Below, in pieces: positions 51,119 through 58,365 of a stretch of DNA of 64,000 nt. Position 1 is the first letter of the stretch. Every line of letters starts with the position of its first letter. A program made the position numbers and the translations under genes. Source of the stretch: an uncultured Pelagibacteraceae bacterium (lineage in GTDB: Bacteria; Pseudomonadota; Alphaproteobacteria; Pelagibacterales; Pelagibacteraceae). The DNA lies in the NCBI GenBank assembly GCA_905612415.1, contig CAJQRW010000003.1, forward strand, positions 4,845-68,844, written 5' to 3'. A model generated the notes under the pieces. It had not been told where the DNA came from. It worked only from the letters and a program-made list of their open reading frames with translations, and searched no databases.

Positions 51119-52065
51119 TATTTTCTTATTTTATTTTCGTATTTTTTTCTTAACTTTTGAAGATTAACTAAATATTCATCTCTAATGTTTGATAGCATAG
51201 CAACTGATTTACCTTTTGCTTGTTGATTGGTACCAGCAATCACTCTAGATGATAATTTTTTAGAAAGAGTGGGAGCCTTAAGTTTTGTCCATGGTAGTTT
51301 TAAAGCAGGTCCAAATTGTTCTAACATATGCTTCATTCCAGCTTTACCTCCAGCCAAATGATAAGTTAAAAAAACTCCCATCAACGACCATCTTAATCCA
51401 GGTCCATCCTCAATAGCTCTATCTAAATCTTTAGTTGATGCGTAACCTTCATTAACTATGTGTAGGGCTTCTCTCCATAGAGCTTCTTGAAGTCTATCAG
51501 CCAGATATCCTGGTAGTTCTTTTTTAACCATGATTGGATTCATTGATATTGATTTATAAAATTTATTAGCTTTATTTAGGAATTTTTTTTTAGTTTTTTT
51601 ACCGGGGACAATTTCTACTCCTGGACACATATAAACAGGATTAAAGGGGTGTCCAATCATAGTTCGCGCTGGATTTTTACATTTAGAATATATTCTTGTT
51701 GGAAGCAGTCCAGATGAACTTGACGAAATTATAGCATTAGGTTTTGAGTACTTTCCAATAATACTCATTATTTTAGTTTTTATTTTATAATTTTCGGTTG
51801 CACATTCTTGTATAAAATCAGCTTCTTTCAAAGCTTCTTCTATTGAAGTAACGTATTTAAAGTTTTTTAAATTAATTTTTTTTTTATTGAATAATTTTTT
51901 TACATAGGGCCAAGTACGTTTTATCTCAGCAACTAGTTTTTTTTTTAATTTTAGATCTTTGTCAAATGCAACAACTTTTTTATTATGAGCTAAGCATCTA
52001 ATAATCCATCCAGCACCAATAACCCCAGTTCCTATAACAGTTACTTTATTTATACTATTCGACAT
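51118..52065 (-). CDS. 3-hydroxyacyl-CoA dehydrogenase family protein, L-carnitine dehydrogenase-like
   Basis: 315 aa. The Rossmann motif VTVIGTGVIGAGWIIRCLAH resembles the N-terminus of carnitine dehydrogenases as I remember them (GSGVIGSGWVARALAH). An HADH C-terminal domain is present. Confidence 0.8.
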   Translation of the reverse strand: MSNSINKVTVIGTGVIGAGWIIRCLAHNKKVVAFDKDLKLKKKLVAEIKRTWPYVKKLFNKKKINLKNFKYVTSIEEALKEADFIQECATENYKIKTKIMSIIGKYSKPNAIISSSSSGLLPTRIYSKCKNPARTMIGHPFNPVYMCPGVEIVPGKKTKKKFLNKANKFYKSISMNPIMVKKELPGYLADRLQEALWREALHIVNEGYASTKDLDRAIEDGPGLRWSLMGVFLTYHLAGGKAGMKHMLEQFGPALKLPWTKLKAPTLSKKLSSRVIAGTNQQAKGKSVAMLSNIRDEYLVNLQKLRKKYENKIRK

Positions 52066-52067
52066 AA

Positions 52068-52799
52068 TTATTCCTTATACGATGGATCTATAGTATCGTA
52101 TCTTCTGAGTAAGGCTGGCCATTCATTTGGTCCTGGAGCAAAAGCGTCATATGCCTTTACAGTTTTTTGCCATAAAGATTTTTCTGGTGTTTTTAATTTT
52201 AAACCTGAACCTTGGGCTTGCACCGCAACTTCACACATTCTTATGGCATAATACATATTCATGAATGATTCTCCTGCTGTTTCTCCAACAGTTAAAAGCC
52301 CATGATTTCTCATGATTAAAACTTTATTTTCTCCAAGATTCTCTGCTATTCTAAATCTTTCATCTTTATCTACTGAGACACCTTCCCAGTCATGATAACC
52401 AACTTTTCCATAAAGCATTGCTGAATCCTGAACTAAATATGGTATCCCATCTTTTAATGATGTTGCGGCCAACGCTTTGGGTGGATGTGCATGAAAAACA
52501 AATTTATTTTTTGGGTGATTTAAATGAACCGCACTATGAATTATAAAACCTGCTGTATTTACATTTTCTGGGCCTTCTAAAACTTTACCGTTTTCATCTA
52601 CTTTAATTAAATTAGAAGCTTTCACTTCTTCATAAACAAGCCCAAATTCATGCATAAAAAAAGTATGGTCTGTTCCAGGCGTTCTTGCGGTTATATGATT
52701 CCAAACTGTATCATCCCAACCCATCATATGAGTTAGTCTAAACATGGCAGCAAGATCAACTCTTACTTTCCATTCAGCTTCATTAATATTTTTTTTAAT
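52068..52799 (-). CDS. Class II aldolase/adducin-fold protein
   Basis: Motifs NHITAR, IHSAVH, HAHPP and RNHGLLTVG. The conserved N-terminal helix (EAEWKVRVDLAAMFRL) lies upstream of the only canonical start (ATG at 52745). I tentatively place the start at ATT 52797-52799 or CTG 52800-52802. Confidence 0.8.
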   Translation of the reverse strand: MKKNINEAEWKVRVDLAAMFRLTHMMGWDDTVWNHITARTPGTDHTFFMHEFGLVYEEVKASNLIKVDENGKVLEGPENVNTAGFIIHSAVHLNHPKNKFVFHAHPPKALAATSLKDGIPYLVQDSAMLYGKVGYHDWEGVSVDKDERFRIAENLGENKVLIMRNHGLLTVGETAGESFMNMYYAIRMCEVAVQAQGSGLKLKTPEKSLWQKTVKAYDAFAPGPNEWPALLRRYDTIDPSYKE

Positions 52800-53646
52800 C
52801 AGCTAAACCATCCAATCTAGGTTTATTTCTTTCAATATGAATGGGTAATACTTTTCCATATATAGCTTTTGAATGTTCAGGAGTATTTACTCTCCAAGGA
52901 TCCAGAACATAAGCTGGTATACAAAGGTATCTTGCGCGGCTTCCTTCTATTTTTGTAACACGATGAAGTGTAAAACGCCCTTTAAATATTTGTAAATCAC
53001 CTGGCTCTAACTTTAATTGACGAACTCTTTTACGGTTTCCATTAAGTACTTTTTTAACCTCTTCTAAATTTTCATTTCCTGGTTCACGTATATTAGGACA
53101 GTATTCAAATATTCCACCGTTTTCTGGCTTTTGTATCATGAAACTTAAAGTAAATTCACAACTATCGAAGTGCCAAGGAAGAATTCCTTCAGGTTTCATA
53201 ACATTGTAAGCATGACAAGCTAAAGGATCAGCCCATCTGTAGATTGGTGATACTCCAAGACAAGCAGAGACAAACTTTAAAAGTTCATCTTGTTCATAAA
53301 GAAATTTCATTTCTGAATCTTTATCAAAGACATCTGAATTTAAATAACCATTATAACGATCCATAAATATTCTTTTTGGGTGCTCTTTAGGTAGAGAAAG
53401 ATCATCTTTAGAATATAAATAAGCATTGATACTTTGTTTTGACATATAAACTTCATCGAGTTGTTTTTCTAACTCTGAGTTCATGATTTTTAAAGATTTA
53501 GGTAAAATAAAATCAGGAATAGTTGCACAACTAAACTGGTCTAAATCTTTTTTACATTTTTGGATTACTTCTTTTATTAATGAGGAGTTTAGATCCTGAA
53601 TTGGATACTTTTGTAGATCAACAATAGTCTCTAATCTATTATTCAT
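52795..53646 (-). CDS. Putative Fe(II)/2-oxoglutarate-dependent oxygenase-like protein
   Basis: 283 aa with a possible facial triad WHFD ... LHRV and a downstream Arg (GSRARY). I recognise no closer family. Confidence 0.55.
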   Translation of the reverse strand: MNNRLETIVDLQKYPIQDLNSSLIKEVIQKCKKDLDQFSCATIPDFILPKSLKIMNSELEKQLDEVYMSKQSINAYLYSKDDLSLPKEHPKRIFMDRYNGYLNSDVFDKDSEMKFLYEQDELLKFVSACLGVSPIYRWADPLACHAYNVMKPEGILPWHFDSCEFTLSFMIQKPENGGIFEYCPNIREPGNENLEEVKKVLNGNRKRVRQLKLEPGDLQIFKGRFTLHRVTKIEGSRARYLCIPAYVLDPWRVNTPEHSKAIYGKVLPIHIERNKPRLDGLAD

Positions 53647-53654
53647 AATTTTAA

Positions 53655-54890
53655 TTATACATCCTCTAGTGGATGGTGGGACATGAGCTCAAGTCCATTT
53701 TCACCAACTAAATATTGTTGTTCTAATTTTACACCTTCTTTTCCAGCAGCTTTTCCAATATAGCTTTCAATTGTAATAGTCATATTTTTTTCAAAAAATC
53801 CATCTCTTTGGCCACCGTCCGTTGGATATCTAATCATTGGCCATTCATCACAAAGACCAATTCCATGAACCATACAAGAATATCTATTTCCATAATATTC
53901 CTCTGGGAGTTTCCATGATTTTTCTGTAAATTCTTTAAAAGACATTCCGGGTTTTATTAATCTAGAATTGTGGTTTATATGCTCAACAGCCATTTGATAT
54001 AATTTCTTCTGTTCCTCATTAAACTTATGCCCTTCAACAAAAGCTCGAGATATATCTGCGCAATAACCGTAAGGACCAACCATATCAGTATCAAAAGATA
54101 CTATTTCACCACTTTGAATAATTTTATTACTACTTTCTTGCATCCAAGGATTTGTTCTTTCTCCTGATGATAAAATTCTACATTCAATCCACTCTCCACC
54201 ATGTTCAATATTAGTTTTATGTAAGATTGACCAAAGCTCATCTTCAGTCATTCCTGCTTTTAGTTCTTCTCTCATTTTATTAATACCAATTTCACAAACT
54301 TCAATTGAAGCTTTCATACATTTTAATTCTTCTGGTGATTTAATAACTCTAGCTTGTTCTAAAACTAATTTAGCATCAACTACTTCAATACCCGATTTAT
54401 TTAAAGCTGTTATCGCTGGACCATTAATAACATCAATAGCCAGTTTTTTGCTTTTAAAATAGGAGTTTGATAAATCTTTTACTTCATTGATCCATTTTTC
54501 TAATTGGACCCCAGCCTGATCACCATTACTAAAATAATCCCAAGTTATTGCTGGTCTTATTTCATCAATTAAACTTAAATGGTTAGATAATCCTTCACAA
54601 TTAAAGTATTCATAAAGAATTGCTGGCCCATTAACGGGAACAAAGCAGTAACGAGTTAAATTGTGCATGTTATAAACACTCATATTAACTGTATCTAATG
54701 CATATCTAGCATTTACCGGATCAAACAATATACAAGCTTCAAGATTATTTTTTTCTAACTCTTTTTTAACTCTATCTAATCGATAAGATCGAAGTGTAGT
54801 AAAGTTTATTTCATCTTCTTTTAATCTTTTCTTTGTTATAAAATTTGAAAGCGGTTTGGAATTTGGTGATATTTTTCTTTTAAATTTCAT
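53655..54890 (-). CDS. M24 family metallohydrolase (creatinase/prolidase N-domain plus pita-bread domain)
   Basis: 411 aa. All five pita-bread metal ligands are visible: FDTD, CADISR, VHGIG, TIESY and KLEQQ. Confidence 0.85.
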   Translation of the reverse strand: MKFKRKISPNSKPLSNFITKKRLKEDEINFTTLRSYRLDRVKKELEKNNLEACILFDPVNARYALDTVNMSVYNMHNLTRYCFVPVNGPAILYEYFNCEGLSNHLSLIDEIRPAITWDYFSNGDQAGVQLEKWINEVKDLSNSYFKSKKLAIDVINGPAITALNKSGIEVVDAKLVLEQARVIKSPEELKCMKASIEVCEIGINKMREELKAGMTEDELWSILHKTNIEHGGEWIECRILSSGERTNPWMQESSNKIIQSGEIVSFDTDMVGPYGYCADISRAFVEGHKFNEEQKKLYQMAVEHINHNSRLIKPGMSFKEFTEKSWKLPEEYYGNRYSCMVHGIGLCDEWPMIRYPTDGGQRDGFFEKNMTITIESYIGKAAGKEGVKLEQQYLVGENGLELMSHHPLEDV

Positions 54891-54891
54891 A

Positions 54892-56088
54892 TTAAACTAA
54901 ATTTGTTGCTATCCATTTATGAAAATTGTGAGTAGGGTTATCCATAACAGGTGAAAAATTACCACCATTATATGAAGGAGAATTTCTTCCTTCTTGCATT
55001 CCCTCAATGATACCAATATCTTCTACTTGTACACCATACCAAAGTTTTAAATTTTGTTTCCTTAGATTTTTATATTTTTTTGAATTTGCTGCTGCATTTC
55101 CTACATAATAAATTTCCATATGCTCAATCGTTAATTCATGACTAACTGGTTCCAGCCAATAAGCGTAATAGTGATCTTTATGAATTCCTAGCATTACATT
55201 TGGAAACAGAGCAACATACTCGGCAATATTTAATTTATCTTTAGGCCAATTAGGAAAGCATGGAAATTTAAGCTTACCTTTGAGTCTTGGATTATAAACA
55301 ATGGTACCTTGTCCAGCAAATCTATTAGGTAAACCTTCGATGTGATAATGATCGTTAATTTTAGAGTAAGAATTTAATCCTGGGTGAACCCATGGAAGGT
55401 GATAACTTTCACAATAATTTTCTATTGCAAACTTCCAATTACATTTTGCTGTTAGTTTAAAGTAACCTAAATCTTTTGAATGTTGAATTAGTTTCTGATC
55501 TTTTTTTTGCCAAAACTTAGACCAACGATCTTGTAAAGGTTTGACATATTGTTCAAAAGGTATTTCGTTGTTAGAAATATTAACCATAATCAAATCTAAC
55601 CAAACGTAAGAACGAACTTCTTTAAGTCCATTAACAGATTTGTCAAAATCTTTAGAATTATGTTTATTCATCCCACCTAAATGGGGTGTGGCTACTAGCT
55701 TTCCCTCAAGATTATAAGACCAAGAATGATAAGGACATCTTAATACATTTTTAATAGAACATTTTTTTTGTAAAATTTTATAACCTCTATGACTACATAC
55801 GTTATGGTATACTTTTATTATATTACTTTTGGTTCTTAATAAAATTAGAGGAATTCCAAGTATATCAAAAGGTTTTGCATCTCCAGGTTTAGAGATTGAA
55901 CTAGCAACTCCAACAACTATCCATTTGTCTTCAAATATTTTCTTTCTTTCAATGCTTGTATATTCCTTACTATTATAACATTCGTTAGGAAGACCGTGAG
56001 CTTTACTTATAGGTTGATTAACAACGTCTAATTTCCTTTTTTTTACAACGTCATATATATTTCTGTGACCATTAAGCTTAGAAGTCAT
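54892..56088 (-). CDS. Rieske [2Fe-2S] non-heme iron oxygenase, alpha subunit type (GbcA/CMO-like)
   Basis: 398 aa with the Rieske motif CSHRG...x17...CPYHSW and the mononuclear iron motif ENYCESYHLPWVH. Confidence 0.88.
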   Translation of the reverse strand: MTSKLNGHRNIYDVVKKRKLDVVNQPISKAHGLPNECYNSKEYTSIERKKIFEDKWIVVGVASSISKPGDAKPFDILGIPLILLRTKSNIIKVYHNVCSHRGYKILQKKCSIKNVLRCPYHSWSYNLEGKLVATPHLGGMNKHNSKDFDKSVNGLKEVRSYVWLDLIMVNISNNEIPFEQYVKPLQDRWSKFWQKKDQKLIQHSKDLGYFKLTAKCNWKFAIENYCESYHLPWVHPGLNSYSKINDHYHIEGLPNRFAGQGTIVYNPRLKGKLKFPCFPNWPKDKLNIAEYVALFPNVMLGIHKDHYYAYWLEPVSHELTIEHMEIYYVGNAAANSKKYKNLRKQNLKLWYGVQVEDIGIIEGMQEGRNSPSYNGGNFSPVMDNPTHNFHKWIATNLV

Positions 56089-56176
56089 ATTAAAAACCCT
56101 AACATTTCAGTAAAAATAGGCAATAGAATTAAGATAAAATTACTGGACATCCACCCGAGTCCGCTGATATATCCCG
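56089..56176. promoter_or_regulatory. Divergent control region between the Rieske operon and the MTHFR-like/aminomethyltransferase pair
   Basis: This is an 88-bp spacer between divergent start codons, so it must hold both promoters. It contains a locally GC-rich element, GGACATCCACCCGAGTCC (GGAC-N10-GTCC). I cannot assign any -35/-10 boxes with confidence. Confidence 0.4.
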
Positions 56177-56911
56177 ATGATTATGAATTTTTCTTTAGAG
56201 ATAGGACTTAAGACTGACCTTAGCACATTACCAAATATTAAAGATGTGTACATAACTCTTTTAAGAGGAGACCAATATAAAGATGTAGCTAACAAAGCCA
56301 AAGAACTTGTAAAGCTTGGCAAGAACCCTGTTCCACATTTCCCCGCTAGATCAATTAAAAATGAAAATGAGCTTAAAGACTACACCAATATGTGTAAAGA
56401 TTTCGGCGTGAAACAAGCTCTTGTAATAGGAGGTGGAGCACAACCTATTGGAGATTTTCACTGTTCTCTTCAACTATTTGAGACGGGATTATTCGAAGAT
56501 TTTAAGATAGGAATCGCTGGACATCCAGAGGGTTCCCCTGATATATCCGACTCTGAAATAGAAAAAGCTATGATAGATAAAAAACCATTCGCAGATTATA
56601 TAGTTACCCAGTGGCTAATGGAAACTTCTCCAATAGTAGATTTTATTTCAAAACAAAGTTTACCAGTACATGTAGGGATAGCTGGGCCAGCCAAAATTAC
56701 AAGCTTACTTAAGTTCGCTAGTATAGTGGGTGCAAAAAATTCTCTTAGCTTTTTAAAATCAAATGCTAGTAAAGCAGTTGATTTATTTAAACCAAGAAAA
56801 CCAGATGATATGATTGAGAAAATTAAGAGTGTTTCTCAAAATTTCCATATCTATACATTTGGTGGCCTTAATGAAACAAACAAATGGTTATTGGAGAACA
56901 ACTATGCCTAA
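56177..56911 (+). CDS. Short methylenetetrahydrofolate reductase-like protein
   Basis: 244 aa. It has an MTHFR-family pattern, GIAGHPEGSPD...YIVTQWLME, and an N-terminal FSLEI strand. It is shorter than canonical MetF (about 290 aa). Confidence 0.75.
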   Translation: MIMNFSLEIGLKTDLSTLPNIKDVYITLLRGDQYKDVANKAKELVKLGKNPVPHFPARSIKNENELKDYTNMCKDFGVKQALVIGGGAQPIGDFHCSLQLFETGLFEDFKIGIAGHPEGSPDISDSEIEKAMIDKKPFADYIVTQWLMETSPIVDFISKQSLPVHVGIAGPAKITSLLKFASIVGAKNSLSFLKSNASKAVDLFKPRKPDDMIEKIKSVSQNFHIYTFGGLNETNKWLLENNYA

Positions 56912-56942
56912 AAAAAAGAAAACTATGCCTAAAAAAAAGAAA
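56901..56942 (+). repeat. Perfect 21-bp tandem duplication (2 copies of ACTATGCCTAAAAAAAAGAAA)
   Basis: Copy 1 is 56901-56921 and copy 2 is 56922-56942, identical base for base. Copy 1 contains the stop codon of the MTHFR-like gene. Each copy contains an ATG in the aminomethyltransferase frame. Confidence 0.95.
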
Positions 56943-58361
56943 AAGTCTAAAAAAATTAAATCTAAAAAAATTAAAATTAAAATTAAAAAAGTAAAAAAAG
57001 CTAAATCAGTTTCTTTAAAACCTGAAAAAGTTGATTACAGCAAAGTTAGACACGAAACATCTGTAGATCAATCAGATAGACATGTGCCTTATAATTTAAG
57101 ACAAAGTGGTTCTACAAAAGTTGAACTGTTAATCTCAACAAGAGTAAGAAAATCACCTTATTGGCATCTATCAATGAAAGCAGGATGTTGGAGAGCTACA
57201 GTTTATAACCGTATCTATCACCCACGTGGTTATGTAAGACCTGAAAAAGGTGGTGCTATGGTCGAGTATGAAGCAATTAAAAAACATGTAACAATGTGGA
57301 ACGTTGCTGTTGAAAGACAAATACGTGTTAAAGGACCTGATGCTGAAAAATTTACAGATTATGTAATAACACGTGATGCTACTAAAATTTCAACAATGAG
57401 AGGACGTTATGTTATTCTTTGTAACTACAAAGGTGGAGTATTAAACGATCCTGTGTTGTTAAGAGTGGCGGAAGATGAGTTTTGGTTTAGTTTATCAGAT
57501 TCAGATATAGGTTTATATTTGCAAGGAGTTAATGCAGATAAAAAATTTAATGTTGAAATCGATGAAATTGATGCTTGTCCAGTTCAAATTCAAGGCCCTA
57601 AATCAAAAGCTTTAATGAAAGATTTAATTGGAGATCAAGTTGATTTAGATAACATGCCTTTTTATGGTTTGGCAGAAGCTAAAGTTGGAGGAAGAAGTTG
57701 TGTAATTTCACAATCTGGTTTTTCAGGTGAAGCTGGCTATGAAATTTATCTTCGTAATGCAACTTTATATGCTGAAGATATGTGGAATGCTGTACTTAAG
57801 GCAGGAAAAAAACATAAGTTAATGGTTATTGCTCCAGCACACCATAGAAGAATTCAAGCTGGAATATTATCTTGGGGTCAAGATATGGATAACGAACATA
57901 ATCCTTTTCAGTGTAATTTAGGTTATCAAGTTTCTTTATCTGGAAAAGGTGAATGGAACAAATCAGCTGACTACATTGGGAAAGAGGCTTTAGAGAAAAT
58001 GAAAAGCCAAATTTCTAATGGAGATAAACCTTACAAACTCCAACTTGTTGGTATGGAATTAGGTGGAAAACCAATTGAAGAATATGCTCCAGATTTCTGG
58101 TTAGTATCAGGCGCTGACGGAGGTAAACCAGTTGGTTACATTACTTCTCCTTGGTATCACCCAGAAAAAGGTAAAAATATTGCAATGGGATACGTTCCGT
58201 ATGAAGGACATACGAACGCTAAAGGTTTCCCAATTGCTAATTTTGGAAAGAAATATAAAGTTCATTTGCCAGCAAAATATTCTAGTAAACCAGTTGATGC
58301 CGTAGTGGTGCCAGTTCCGTTTACAGAATCGTTTAATGCAAATACTCGAGAGGTAAAATAA
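56904..58361 (+). CDS. GcvT-family aminomethyltransferase (DmdA/LigM-like THF-dependent demethylase) with a poly-lysine N-terminal tail
   Basis: The core is KHVTMWNVAVERQIRVKGPDAEKF...GGVLNDPVLLRVAEDEFWFSLSDSD...ISQSGFSGEAGYEIY. I placed the start at the ATG at 56904, which overlaps the upstream stop by 8 nt. The alternative is the ATG at 56925. The track ORF start at 56814 lies inside the upstream gene. Confidence 0.88.
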   Translation: MPKKKKTMPKKKKKSKKIKSKKIKIKIKKVKKAKSVSLKPEKVDYSKVRHETSVDQSDRHVPYNLRQSGSTKVELLISTRVRKSPYWHLSMKAGCWRATVYNRIYHPRGYVRPEKGGAMVEYEAIKKHVTMWNVAVERQIRVKGPDAEKFTDYVITRDATKISTMRGRYVILCNYKGGVLNDPVLLRVAEDEFWFSLSDSDIGLYLQGVNADKKFNVEIDEIDACPVQIQGPKSKALMKDLIGDQVDLDNMPFYGLAEAKVGGRSCVISQSGFSGEAGYEIYLRNATLYAEDMWNAVLKAGKKHKLMVIAPAHHRRIQAGILSWGQDMDNEHNPFQCNLGYQVSLSGKGEWNKSADYIGKEALEKMKSQISNGDKPYKLQLVGMELGGKPIEEYAPDFWLVSGADGGKPVGYITSPWYHPEKGKNIAMGYVPYEGHTNAKGFPIANFGKKYKVHLPAKYSSKPVDAVVVPVPFTESFNANTREVK

Positions 58362-58365
58362 GCTA

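Noticed and set aside
56140-56322. A 60-aa minus-strand ORF crossing the divergent control region and the start of the MTHFR-like gene.
   Set aside because: It is antisense to a motif-bearing CDS and would place a start inside the neighbouring gene. I recognise no family in it.
56814-56903. The upstream 30 codons of the track ORF for the aminomethyltransferase (MRKLRVFLKISISIHLVALMKQTNGYWRTT).
   Set aside because: They lie entirely inside the 3' end of the MTHFR-like gene in another frame. The ATG at 56904 overlaps the upstream stop, which is the coupling geometry used elsewhere in the window.
56940-57010. Repetitive AAAATT/AAAAAAA-rich DNA that could at first glance suggest a repeat array or CRISPR-like structure.
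   Set aside because: The units are 6-21 nt with no spacers. The tract is in frame and encodes the Lys/Ile tail of a CDS. There are no cas genes anywhere in the window.
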